The notes under the pieces were generated by a model. That model searched no databases. It was not told the DNA's origin and saw only the letters and a program-made list of their open reading frames with translations. DNA of 64,000 nt from Spirochaetaceae bacterium (GTDB lineage: Bacteria > Spirochaetota > Spirochaetia > DSM-27196 > SLAA01): assembly GCA_003552985.1 (NCBI GenBank), contig PUPD01000208.1, positions 4,227 to 68,226 of the forward strand, read 5' to 3'. The translations under genes and the position numbers were made by a program. Numbering within the stretch: the first letter of the stretch is position 1; each line of letters starts with the position of its first letter. Below, one piece after another: positions 1 through 8,717 of the stretch.

Positions 1-716
1 ATCTTATACCCCCGTGGCTCATTCTTGACGCTTACTTTGCGGATGTTGAGCCCGGGAGAATACTCGTGAACGCAATGCAGCACCATCTGACTGAGGGCGT
101 TCTTCGCAATCGTGATCGAACCCTTGCGGCTGAACTCCGGACGAATCACCGCCTTCTCGTAGACTTCCTGCCGGCGAAACATGCCGAACCCTTGGCGCAG
201 GAATATCTTGATTGAGTCGGCCATGACTTTGGGATAATTGTTACGCACCTCGATCGACGGCACCGGTATCACGTGCTTCCCCTGCAGCTTGCGGTACTGT
301 ATCGCGGTGTTGATTTCCTCCGAGGTGGCGATCTCCTCGATGCTGATGATCTTGTGCGGCTGCGGAAGACGTAGGGTTTCGGCGATCTTGTTGGCCATCC
401 GCTCGGAGGTCCCAATGACGAGAATTCGTTTGAACGATTCGCGCTCCAGCGCGTCGATTACCTGCCGCCTGTGGTTCTTGTCGGTGAACAACGCCGTCTT
501 CACCGCGGTGAAATAGGCCTTCTCGCGCTTGGCCGAGCGGCCGGCGATGATCTTCTGATTACGGATCAGCAGCCCGTCGTCGATCATGAGCTCGATGTCG
601 TACTTTTCCATCACCAGGCGGGCACGGAAGCTCTTGCCGGTGCCGCTGCGCCCTACGAGCGCAAAGACTCGGATTCGCCGGAACGGCCAGGTGAGGCGAT
701 TCAAAAGCTTTCTCAT
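1..716 (-). CDS. P-loop NTPase-domain protein with Asp23/Gls24-like distal region (3-prime end runs off the window)
   Basis: Absent from the ORF track because the window edge truncates it. Manual minus-strand translation from ATG at 716 gives MRKLLNRLTWPFRRIRVFALVGRSGTGKSFRARLVMEKYDIELMIDDGLLIRNQKIIAGRSAKREKAYF... The frame stays open to position 1. Walker A motif GRSGTGKS is present. The distal part ...GSITIAKNALSQMVLHCVHEYSPGLNIRKVSVKNEPRGYKI resembles the Asp23 family. Confidence 0.6.
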   Translation of the reverse strand, partial: MRKLLNRLTWPFRRIRVFALVGRSGTGKSFRARLVMEKYDIELMIDDGLLIRNQKIIAGRSAKREKAYFTAVKTALFTDKNHRRQVIDALERESFKRILVIGTSERMANKIAETLRLPQPHKIISIEEIATSEEINTAIQYRKLQGKHVIPVPSIEVRNNYPKVMADSIKIFLRQGFGMFRRQEVYEKAVIRPEFSRKGSITIAKNALSQMVLHCVHEYSPGLNIRKVSVKNEPRGYK

Positions 717-775
717 ATCCACGGCATTGTACTGCGCCGACGATCACCGGGACAACCCATGCGAGCACGCGCAGG

Positions 776-1951
776 CTACTCGCGGTGAGCGGTGTGAAAC
801 GCTTCGACGGCAGCGGGGTCAAGCGCAGTATCGGAGGTCTGTGGTAGCTCGGCGGGCGAGCGTCCATGGAAGAACAGGCTGAGCGCTTCGACGATGGCAT
901 CCTCTCTGAAGACCCGCGCGAGACGCTGGCGCGCAGGTGCTGGGAGGGGTGCCGACACAGCCGCTTGCCCGAGAAGCTCGGTGCCGTCGGTGAGCTCGAG
1001 GCGGACCGCGTGCAACACGTAACCACCCCCGGCGGGCGGGCCACCGTAACGGGTGTCGCCTACTAGCGGACAGTCTCGCGCCGCTGCCTGAGCGCGCACC
1101 TGGTGGCGACGTCCGGTCTGGAGGCGCACCGCCGCTAAAGTCGTTGTCGGCGCCGGACGCATCGCCGTCCGGCTGTGCAGCATAGGGAATACTTCGAGAA
1201 CGGCTTCGTGCTCGGCGGCGGCCGGTCGGGTTTCCGTCCGGGAGCTGGGCCGTTTCCGGCGTTCCTCCTCTTTCCGGACGTCCCGTCGGTCACCCGCGAG
1301 TTGCCCGGGCGTTTCGCCGGTTCCGCGGTTGCCTGCCACCGCAGCGCGTGTGATGCCGGTTTTGCGATCGCGCACCAGCCGGTCACGCCAGGTGCAGGCG
1401 CTTTCAATGCGGCAGCTGAAGAGCCCCAGATACCACTTCACCACGCGGCGTTCACGCAGCAGCTGCGAGAACCGGCGTGCGCCGTGAATACTGGCGCCGC
1501 AGATAACGACTCCGCTTGTGCCGCGATCAAGGCGGTGCAACGGAGCCGGACGAAAAGCGAGCGAACCTTCCGCTGCGTGCCTGAGGTGTTCGTTCACGAG
1601 CTGCTGCAGTGAACCGGGCCCGTGCGTGGCCATGCCGGGCGGTTTGTTTACCGCGATCAGGTGGGGCCCGGTCGCGAGCAGAGCTATCGAGCCCGAACGG
1701 CGTCCTGCGCCGGCCGCTGTTTGAAGGCGTTCCCGTTCGGTGACGGCGTCATCGACCAGTCCGGCCGGTATCCTGATCGTCTCGCCGGGTTGAAGGCGAT
1801 AGCCTGCTTGCGCGCGTCGTCCATCAACGCGCACGGCGCCCTTGCGGAGCACCCGGTGAATGGCCGACAGCGGAACATCCGGAAGGATACGGCGCAGAAC
1901 GCGGTCGAGCCTGCGGCCTTCATCATCCGGTCCGGCGGTGAACTCTTGCAT
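776..1951 (-). CDS. RluA-family (RluD-like, S4 domain plus catalytic domain) rRNA pseudouridine synthase
   Basis: The ORF is 776..2161. It has an S4-like segment (RLDRVLRRILPDVPLSAIHRVLRKGAVRVDGRRAQAGYRLQPGETI), the motif IAVNKPPGMATHG and the catalytic motif HRLDRGTSGVVICG. I place the start at ATG 1951 (MQEFTAG...), because the longer form would overlap the divergent gene starting at 2042. Confidence 0.8.
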   Translation of the reverse strand: MQEFTAGPDDEGRRLDRVLRRILPDVPLSAIHRVLRKGAVRVDGRRAQAGYRLQPGETIRIPAGLVDDAVTERERLQTAAGAGRRSGSIALLATGPHLIAVNKPPGMATHGPGSLQQLVNEHLRHAAEGSLAFRPAPLHRLDRGTSGVVICGASIHGARRFSQLLRERRVVKWYLGLFSCRIESACTWRDRLVRDRKTGITRAAVAGNRGTGETPGQLAGDRRDVRKEEERRKRPSSRTETRPAAAEHEAVLEVFPMLHSRTAMRPAPTTTLAAVRLQTGRRHQVRAQAAARDCPLVGDTRYGGPPAGGGYVLHAVRLELTDGTELLGQAAVSAPLPAPARQRLARVFREDAIVEALSLFFHGRSPAELPQTSDTALDPAAVEAFHTAHRE

Positions 1952-2041
1952 AGCGATCTCGCCCCGATAGTAGTGGGCACCGCGGCAACTGTCAAACCAC
2001 AATCTTGACAAAGCCCGGGAGCGGAGACACACTACGGTGTC

Positions 2042-2521
2042 ATGCATCCCCATTCCGTAGATTCGTTCTACAATGTACTGCGCAACCCCATCTTTCTGGC
2101 GGCATTCTTCAGCTGGTTCATCGCGCAGTTGCTGAAGGCAACCATTGACGCGGTGCGTCACCGGTCGCGCACCTCGCGTGAGGTCGTGACTACGCTGTTC
2201 TGGGCTACCGGGGGCATGCCATCATCGCATTCCGCGCTCGTGACAGCATTGGCGACCGCGATCGGCTTCGAGCACGGGTTCAGCTCGCCGATGTTTTCGC
2301 TGGCGCTGTTCTACGGGTTGCTGGTGATCCGCGACGCGCTCGGCGTCCGGCGGGCGACCGGTACGCAAGCGCAGGCAATCAACCGGATGGGGCGCAAGCT
2401 TCAGGAACGGTTCGAGGTTGAGTTCGAACCGGTTCAGGAGGTACTGGGGCATACTCCGGCTGAGGTCTCGGTTGGAGCGCTGTTGGGTTTTTTTATTGCG
2501 GTAGCTTTCAGTCTTCTGTAG
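2042..2521 (+). CDS. Divergent PAP2 / acid phosphatase-vanadium haloperoxidase-related membrane protein (DUF212 family)
   Basis: ATG at 2042. Family signature WATGGMPSSHSALVTALATAIGFEHGFSSPMFSLALFYGLLVIRDALGVRRATGTQAQAIN. Confidence 0.8.
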   Translation: MHPHSVDSFYNVLRNPIFLAAFFSWFIAQLLKATIDAVRHRSRTSREVVTTLFWATGGMPSSHSALVTALATAIGFEHGFSSPMFSLALFYGLLVIRDALGVRRATGTQAQAINRMGRKLQERFEVEFEPVQEVLGHTPAEVSVGALLGFFIAVAFSLL

Positions 2522-2540
2522 CGCGAGAAAGAAGAGATCG

Positions 2541-4145
2541 ATGCGATCCTGCTCGTGGTTCAACCTATACAGCGGCGCGTTGATGCTGGCCGGGCTGGCG
2601 CTTTCGGTGCTGACGCTCATCGCGTTCCGCCTGCCGGCGGCGTCTCCCGGGGGGCATGTCTGGAGCGGCTATGTAACCCTCGCGGTAGAGAGCTCGGTTC
2701 CGGCCGAGGAAGTGACTGCAGCGTTGCAGGAAGCCGCCGTGCCGGAGGTTATCTCCTACAGCACGGCCGAAATCCGCTACAACGATATCAACCGGTTCGC
2801 CTCGGTGCCGTTCGCGCGTCTCGACGACCGCTTCCTCGAGTACGACCCACGGGTTGATCCATACATGCGATCGTTGCGTTCGTTCTTTGTTGCCGATGAC
2901 GGCGAGCGGGAGTACGCGCTCTTCTATCTGGACAGCTCCGAGGGCCGGCGTCGGGTATTGCAGACCGTCGAGCGCGCGCTCGGCGAGCGGGGCGTCGAGT
3001 GGCAAATCGCGGACGCGACCATGCCGGATTCGCGGTTCGGTGCGTTGCTGTTCGCGATCGCGGCAGCGCTGGTCATATGCAGGTTTCGCTCGGTATGGCC
3101 GCCGCTGCTGCTCGGTGGCGGGATAATCGCGATGCAGCTCAGCCGGGCAGGCGCGGGGGCGCTGTTCGCCGTCAGCATCCTGTTCTTCTTGTGGGCGTAC
3201 CTGCTGGCCGAGCTCGCCCGCTATCTGCCTCACCGGCTCAATCACCCTCCGACTGTGCCGCCTCCGTCGTACTGGGCGCTAAGGCTCGCGCTCGCGGCGC
3301 CGGTGATTGCCGCCGCTATCCTGTACGCTTACCGTATTGAGGACGGAAACGGCGCGGTCCTCCATCTGATGGTTGTCCTGGGCGTGTTCGCATCGCTCAC
3401 CATGGGGGTGCTCATGCGCGCGGTAACGAAGCATCGCCGCCGCGATCACCGGCTGTTCGTTCCCGTGGCGATGCGTCCGCACGCGCTGTACCGGAGATGC
3501 TCGAGGCTCAAACCGCGGCAGGCAAGGTCCCTCCAACTGCCGTGCCTCGCCCTGCCGGTCGCGATCGCGGCGGCTCTGGCTGCCACCTGGTTGCCGGCGT
3601 GGTTCCCGGGCGACGACAGCCTGGCGGTGCCGGCGCCGGTCGAGATCCCGGGAGCCGAAGACTTCTCTTACGACGCGCTCGCGAGGCTGGAACGTTCACG
3701 ACCCCCTCACGGGCTTCCGGACCTCGCGTTGTACTTGAGCCATCGCGCCTATCAGGAGGCGTTCATGCACGGGCGCGAGTTCGGGTTTCCCGACCGTGAC
3801 GAGGACCTTACCCAGCCGCGCTTCACACGGGACGAGGGCCGAATAGTCCGGACCGATGAGGTTCGCATGCGTTTCGATGCCGAGTGGCGTGATGCAGTAT
3901 GGAGCGATATCCCGTCCGGTTCCCCGATGCGCCTCTTGCTTGCCGAGGGGCGCGCGGTCGGGGTTGAGTTTGCCTCGACGCCCGCGCTATACTCCGCTCG
4001 CTCAACCGTGCTGCGCCACGGCCTGCTCCTCGCGGCGGCATTTGTGCTGTTTCTGGCGGTGCTGTCGTTTGGCCGTCCGTCGCCTGGGGGAGCACGTGCC
4101 AACGTTCTCGAGTTTGCGGGACAAAAGACGAGTCAAGAAGCATGA
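2541..4145 (+). CDS. Polytopic membrane protein of unknown function, translationally coupled to rnfC
   Basis: 534-aa ORF with ATG at 2541. It has several hydrophobic segments (ALMLAGLALSVLTLIAF; FGALLFAIAAALVIC; LFAVSILFFLWAYLLAEL; HLMVVLGVFASLTMGVLM; LLLAAAFVLFLAVLSF). I recognise no catalytic motif. Its stop overlaps the rnfC ATG (ATGA at 4142..4145). Confidence 0.6.
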   Translation: MRSCSWFNLYSGALMLAGLALSVLTLIAFRLPAASPGGHVWSGYVTLAVESSVPAEEVTAALQEAAVPEVISYSTAEIRYNDINRFASVPFARLDDRFLEYDPRVDPYMRSLRSFFVADDGEREYALFYLDSSEGRRRVLQTVERALGERGVEWQIADATMPDSRFGALLFAIAAALVICRFRSVWPPLLLGGGIIAMQLSRAGAGALFAVSILFFLWAYLLAELARYLPHRLNHPPTVPPPSYWALRLALAAPVIAAAILYAYRIEDGNGAVLHLMVVLGVFASLTMGVLMRAVTKHRRRDHRLFVPVAMRPHALYRRCSRLKPRQARSLQLPCLALPVAIAAALAATWLPAWFPGDDSLAVPAPVEIPGAEDFSYDALARLERSRPPHGLPDLALYLSHRAYQEAFMHGREFGFPDRDEDLTQPRFTRDEGRIVRTDEVRMRFDAEWRDAVWSDIPSGSPMRLLLAEGRAVGVEFASTPALYSARSTVLRHGLLLAAAFVLFLAVLSFGRPSPGGARANVLEFAGQKTSQEA

Positions 4146-5479
4146 AACCAATTCGTAGCATTCTCAAGGGCGGTGTTTACCCGCCCGACGGTACCCGCGC
4201 AGCTCGCAACCAGCCGATCTGGAATGCGATGATCCCGGCTCGCTGTGTCGTGCCGCTGCTGCAGCACACGGGGGCGCCCGCCCGGCGTCTTGTAGATGTC
4301 GGTCAACACGTCGAGGAGGGTACGGTGATCGGCGCCCCGCAGGGGTATGAGAGCGCCCGCGTGCATGCGCCTATTCCGGGGGTCGTCACCGAGATCACGC
4401 GCCTGACCCTGGCCGACGGGCGCGAGAGCAACGCGGTCGTGATCGAGCTCGACGGCGAGTTCCAGCAACTCGGCAAGTCGATTCAGCCGCGCGCATGGCG
4501 TGGATGGAAGAGCTCCCGGGTCAGAGCAGCGATATTCGATGCCGGCGTGGTTGGTCTCGGCGGGGAGGGGACCCCCGGCCGTGTTAAGTATTCCCCTCCC
4601 CAGAACGGGCTACTCGAGTGGCTCATCATCAATGGGTGCGAGTCCGAGCCTTATCTCTCGAACGATTACTCTCTGCTGCGAGAGCGACCCCAGCAGATCG
4701 TCGAAGCGGTTGAGATCCTGTCACAGCTGCTCGCACCGCGGCGGGCGGCGATCGCGCTTACCACGCATACGCGGGCGGCGTCCTCCGGATTGCGGAAGGC
4801 GATCTCGGCGGCGAACGCCCGGGTCCAACTCCAACAGCTCAATGACAAGTATCCACAGGGGGACGAGCATACGCTGGTCCGGGCGGTCAGTGGACGCTCG
4901 GTGCGGGGTGCTGCACCGGTGACGGAAGCCGGTTGTATGGTCGTCAACGTCGGGACCGCCGTTGCGGTATACGAAGCGGTAGTGTTGGGTAAGCCGCTGG
5001 TGGAGCGCACCTTAACCGTGAGCGGGAATGCGATCGCGAGACCTGCGAATCTTAAAGTGAGAATCGGTGCCTCAATAGAGGACCTGATCGAAGAATGCGG
5101 CGGCTTCAAGCACGCGCCGCGAAAAATTGTGATCGGAGGACCGATGCGGGGTCACGCCGTGGCGGATCTCTCGCAGCCCGTAACGAAACTGACGACCGGT
5201 GTGCTCGCCCTGACCGATGACGAGCTCTACGCGGTTCCCGAGACGGCGTGTATACACTGCGGGCGTTGCGTGCGCGCCTGTCCGATGGGGCTTGAGCCGG
5301 TGTTGCTCCATCTCCTGATTGGGCAGGGTAACAGTCGCGCGGTGAAGGAGGCAGGCATCTTCGACTGCACAGAATGCGGGTGCTGCGGCTTCATATGCCC
5401 ATCGGGTATTCCGCTGGTCGAGCAACTCGAACAGGCCAAGAGCTGGGTCCGGCACGAGGTATCTGATGACGCCGAGTGA
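4142..5479 (+). CDS. rnfC: RnfC-like electron-transport subunit (SLBB/NADH-site region plus two 4Fe-4S motifs)
   Basis: 445 aa. Motifs: INGCESEPYLSNDY, two ferredoxin-type cysteine motifs (CIHCGRCVRACP and CTECGCCGFICP), and a glycine-rich site that reads GLGGEGTPGRVKY. Confidence 0.75.
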   Translation: MKPIRSILKGGVYPPDGTRAARNQPIWNAMIPARCVVPLLQHTGAPARRLVDVGQHVEEGTVIGAPQGYESARVHAPIPGVVTEITRLTLADGRESNAVVIELDGEFQQLGKSIQPRAWRGWKSSRVRAAIFDAGVVGLGGEGTPGRVKYSPPQNGLLEWLIINGCESEPYLSNDYSLLRERPQQIVEAVEILSQLLAPRRAAIALTTHTRAASSGLRKAISAANARVQLQQLNDKYPQGDEHTLVRAVSGRSVRGAAPVTEAGCMVVNVGTAVAVYEAVVLGKPLVERTLTVSGNAIARPANLKVRIGASIEDLIEECGGFKHAPRKIVIGGPMRGHAVADLSQPVTKLTTGVLALTDDELYAVPETACIHCGRCVRACPMGLEPVLLHLLIGQGNSRAVKEAGIFDCTECGCCGFICPSGIPLVEQLEQAKSWVRHEVSDDAE

Positions 5480-6593
5480 TCGAGTCGAGCTGGATAGTAC
5501 GGGACTGATTGTTGCGGGCAGCCCTCAGATTCACGACGTGCTGTCCACGAAAAAGCTCAACTGGTATCTGGTGATCGCTGTTCTGCCCGCCGCCCTGTGG
5601 GGGGTGGTGCAGTTCGGGCTGCCGGCGCTTGCGGTGCTGCTTACCGGAGTGGCAACGGCGGCCCTGACCGAGGCGCTTATCCCGAAGCGGGTGGGGGGCG
5701 TCGCTGATGGGAATGCGGTTGCAATCGGCCTGATGATGAGTCTGATGTTCCCCCCGCAGGCGCCGTTGTTGCTGGTGGCGGTTTCGGCAGCGTTCGCAAT
5801 CGTGGTAGTGAAGTGGGCGTTCGGCGGCCTGGGACATGCAATTCTCAACCCGGCAATCGCGGGCCGCGTGCTTGCCCAGGCGCTCGATCCGCAGGCGATG
5901 AACCGCTTCAGCCTCCCGGGTGCTCTTGGAGATGGCGCGCCGGATGAAGGCTACACCGCGGCTGCGATGATACGGGAGGCGGCCGAGGGAGTCACTCCGC
6001 TCGAGCGGCTGCAGTACCTGGCGTATCCGCGCACCACGGTTGACCAAAGCGTAACGGCATGGTTGAACGGCAGCATTCTCGAGCCGCTGGGTGTTCACCT
6101 GCCTGGGGGATACATCGATCCCTTTATCGGCTTCGCGCCGGGAGGAATCGGGGAGGTTTCGGTGCTCCTGCTGCTGGTGGGGAGCGCGTTCCTGATCGGG
6201 AAGCGGGTGGTCGCATGGCACGTACCGCTTGCGATCTTTATCGGGTTTGCCGGCGGGATTGCGACTTGGGGCGGCTATGCGTTCGGCACGGGGTTCTTCA
6301 GCGGCGACGTGCTGTTTCACTCGCTGCACGGCGGCATCGTGTTTCTGATGTTTTTCGGCGCCACCGACAATACCGCCGCGCCGGTGACTTCCGGCGGAAT
6401 GATGGTCTACGGAGTGCTCATCGGCCTCTCGGCAGCTCTGCTGCGGCTGTACGGGCTCTATACGGAAGGACTCGCGGTCGCGGTGTTGGTGGTCAGCTTT
6501 TTCGTGCCGCTGATAGATTTTTTTACTAAGCCGGTGCGTTTCGGATTCAACAGGCGAAACGGGGAGCCTCGGCTTTACAAACTGCGGGGCTGA
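5466..6593 (+). CDS. rnfD: RnfD/NqrB-family membrane subunit
   Basis: 375 aa, polytopic. Motifs: NPAIAGRV and GATDNTAAPVTSGG (the flavin-attachment region of the RnfD/NqrB family). Its ATG at 5466 overlaps the rnfC stop by 14 nt. Confidence 0.75.
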   Translation: MTPSDRVELDSTGLIVAGSPQIHDVLSTKKLNWYLVIAVLPAALWGVVQFGLPALAVLLTGVATAALTEALIPKRVGGVADGNAVAIGLMMSLMFPPQAPLLLVAVSAAFAIVVVKWAFGGLGHAILNPAIAGRVLAQALDPQAMNRFSLPGALGDGAPDEGYTAAAMIREAAEGVTPLERLQYLAYPRTTVDQSVTAWLNGSILEPLGVHLPGGYIDPFIGFAPGGIGEVSVLLLLVGSAFLIGKRVVAWHVPLAIFIGFAGGIATWGGYAFGTGFFSGDVLFHSLHGGIVFLMFFGATDNTAAPVTSGGMMVYGVLIGLSAALLRLYGLYTEGLAVAVLVVSFFVPLIDFFTKPVRFGFNRRNGEPRLYKLRG

Positions 6594-6680
6594 CATTACA
6601 ATCGATTCGGTCTCGCCGCAGTGTGTTCGGTCTCGTCGTGCAGGTAGTAGCTCAATCAGGCGTTGATAAGCGGGATAACA

Positions 6681-8708
6681 ATGAAGAGACTGAAGCTGGT
6701 TTTCGGGACCAGCAACAGCCAGGCGGTTGGAACAGACGACCAAGAGCTCGAGCGAGTCTACCAACGTGCCTATAAGCCGTTCATTCGCACGCTCTACAAC
6801 TTCGCGGATCTCCCGGTAACGTTGTACTACTCGGGGACGCTGTTTCAGTGGTTGGAGAAGCACCACGCCGAGTTCCTCGACGTGCTGGCCGAGATGGGCG
6901 GACGCCGCCAGATAGAGTTTCTCGGCGGCGGGTTCTACGAGCCCGTTCTCCCGATGATCCCGCATACCGACCGAATTGGCCAGATCGAGCACATGACCAC
7001 ATTCGTCCGCCAGCGGTTTGGGCGTCGTCCGCGGGGAACCTGGATTACGGAACTGGTCTGGGAGCCCTCGCTGCCGTCGGCCCTCAAGAACAGCGGTATG
7101 GAGTATACCTTCCTTGCCGACTACCATTTCATCGCGGCCGGCCTTGCAAAGGATGCGCTCTATCGACCCTGTATTACCGAGGACCAGGGCAAGACTGTAG
7201 TGGTCTTCCCGATCTGCAAGCGCACGCGCTGGAAGCTGTTGAGCGAGACGCCCGAGGCGGTGATCGAGCATCTGCGGACCCTCGCCGACGAGGATCCCCA
7301 ACGTTTGGTTGCGATCCTCGACGAAGGCGAACGATTCGGCGTAAGCGAAGAAAGTCAGCGCATCTGCTACCGTGAACGCTGGCTCGAGCGGTTCCTCTCG
7401 CTGCTCCGGGACAACCGCGAATGGCTGGAGCCCGTTCACCCGAGCCGGTACCTCAAGCAAACTACCGCGCGCAAACGGGCTTATTTCCCGGCTACATCGT
7501 ATGAAGACATGATGTGTTGGGCGCTTCCGGCGGCCAGGCAGAAGGTCTTCCAGGGAATATCGCGCGATATTGCCGAGGAGTACGGCCGCAACGGATACGT
7601 ATACGGCGGTTTCTTCCGCCAGTTTCTGACGCGCTATCCCGAGAGCAACTTGATGTATGCCAAGATGCAGTACACGCATATCTTGGTAAATCAGATTCGA
7701 GGCGACAAGTATCGCAAGCAGGCTGCGCGCGAAGAGCTATGGAAAGGGCAGTCTCACCATGCATATTGGCATGGACGCCCCGGCGGCATCTATCTCAATC
7801 GGCTTCGAAAGTACGTCTACGGTGCGCTGATCGAAGCCGAGAAGGTTACCCGCGAAAAGGGCATCTTCATCCCGTCGATCGTCACCGTCGATTTCGATAT
7901 GGACGGTTTGCAGGAGTATCTGTATCAGGGGCAGGACTTGAACGCCTACGTTCATACGCTGGGCGGTACGCTTTTCGAGCTGGACTATCTTCCGGTAGCC
8001 TTCAACTACCTCGACACCCTTTCGCGCCGGCGCGAAGCCTATCATGACCGCGATGTCGCGCAGCACGGCTACGATTCCTACCTGCGTAACGCCTTTGTCG
8101 ATCACTTCCTCGATGCCGATGCGCGGGTTGAGGAGTTCGCCCGCATGCAGCATCGTGAGCTCGGCAGCTTCGTTGATGCCGTCTACGCCGTCAAGAAGTA
8201 CGATCGCGAACAGCATACGATTCTACTGGAAGCCGACGGTGCGGTGGAAAGCGGCGAGAATAGGCACCGAGTACGCGTTGAAAAGCGCTACCGGTTCGCC
8301 GAGGCGGAGGTAGCGGTGGAGTACCGCATCACCGGCGACGACGACCGCGCGCTTGACACCATCTTTGCGAGCGAGATTAATGTCTCGCCGGCCGATGCAG
8401 AGCACGGTCGCGTGCAACTGGCCTGGACCAATAGCAGCGGCGAGCCCGGCGATCTCTCCCTTGAGCCGGCTTCGGTCGCGGATTGTAGTGAGGTAAGGCT
8501 CTACGACGAGCCGAACCGAACGGTCATCACCCTCGGGGCCTCGTCGGCCGGCGAGTTGTGGAGCCTGCCGGTACATGCGTACGCGATGTCTCATGACGGC
8601 GTGCGGCCCGAGTTCCAGCAGGTAAGCTGCCTCTTGCGGTGGGACATTTCGCTCGCGCCCGGCGAGAGCTGGGAAACGAGCATCCGGTTGCGATGCGACC
8701 GCTACTGA
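6681..8708 (+). CDS. Glycoside hydrolase family 57 (alpha-amylase / 4-alpha-glucanotransferase-like)
   Basis: The track start at 6663 is a TTG; I prefer ATG 6681 (MKRLKLVFGTSN...). GH57-like blocks: FLGGGFYEPVLPMIP, RGTWITELVWEPSL and ILDEGERFG. Confidence 0.7.
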   Translation: MKRLKLVFGTSNSQAVGTDDQELERVYQRAYKPFIRTLYNFADLPVTLYYSGTLFQWLEKHHAEFLDVLAEMGGRRQIEFLGGGFYEPVLPMIPHTDRIGQIEHMTTFVRQRFGRRPRGTWITELVWEPSLPSALKNSGMEYTFLADYHFIAAGLAKDALYRPCITEDQGKTVVVFPICKRTRWKLLSETPEAVIEHLRTLADEDPQRLVAILDEGERFGVSEESQRICYRERWLERFLSLLRDNREWLEPVHPSRYLKQTTARKRAYFPATSYEDMMCWALPAARQKVFQGISRDIAEEYGRNGYVYGGFFRQFLTRYPESNLMYAKMQYTHILVNQIRGDKYRKQAAREELWKGQSHHAYWHGRPGGIYLNRLRKYVYGALIEAEKVTREKGIFIPSIVTVDFDMDGLQEYLYQGQDLNAYVHTLGGTLFELDYLPVAFNYLDTLSRRREAYHDRDVAQHGYDSYLRNAFVDHFLDADARVEEFARMQHRELGSFVDAVYAVKKYDREQHTILLEADGAVESGENRHRVRVEKRYRFAEAEVAVEYRITGDDDRALDTIFASEINVSPADAEHGRVQLAWTNSSGEPGDLSLEPASVADCSEVRLYDEPNRTVITLGASSAGELWSLPVHAYAMSHDGVRPEFQQVSCLLRWDISLAPGESWETSIRLRCDRY

Positions 8709-8717
8709 GTCAACGGG

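Noticed and set aside
1952-2161. Upstream extensions of track ORFs. Examples are rluA to 2161, lolC to 14740, M16 to 31177, Rrf2 to 31135, argJ to 35968, batA to 40101 and the second GGDEF gene to 52681.
   Set aside because: The track takes the most upstream ATG, GTG or TTG. The extensions overlap neighbouring genes and encode Arg/Cys/Pro-rich sequence unlike the families concerned. Internal starts with an RBS or a proper N-terminus (signal peptide or conserved block) are available.
5391-7679. A 762-aa minus-strand ORF spanning rnfD, the intergenic gap and the start of the GH57 gene
   Set aside because: It is codon-aligned antisense to two plus-strand genes that share a frame (5466 and 6681 are both 0 mod 3, as is 7677). 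In that alignment, antisense stops arise only from sense TTA, CTA or TCA codons, which GC-rich genes avoid. The product is Arg/His/Gln/Pro-rich low-complexity sequence with no motif. The plus-strand genes have clear family signatures.
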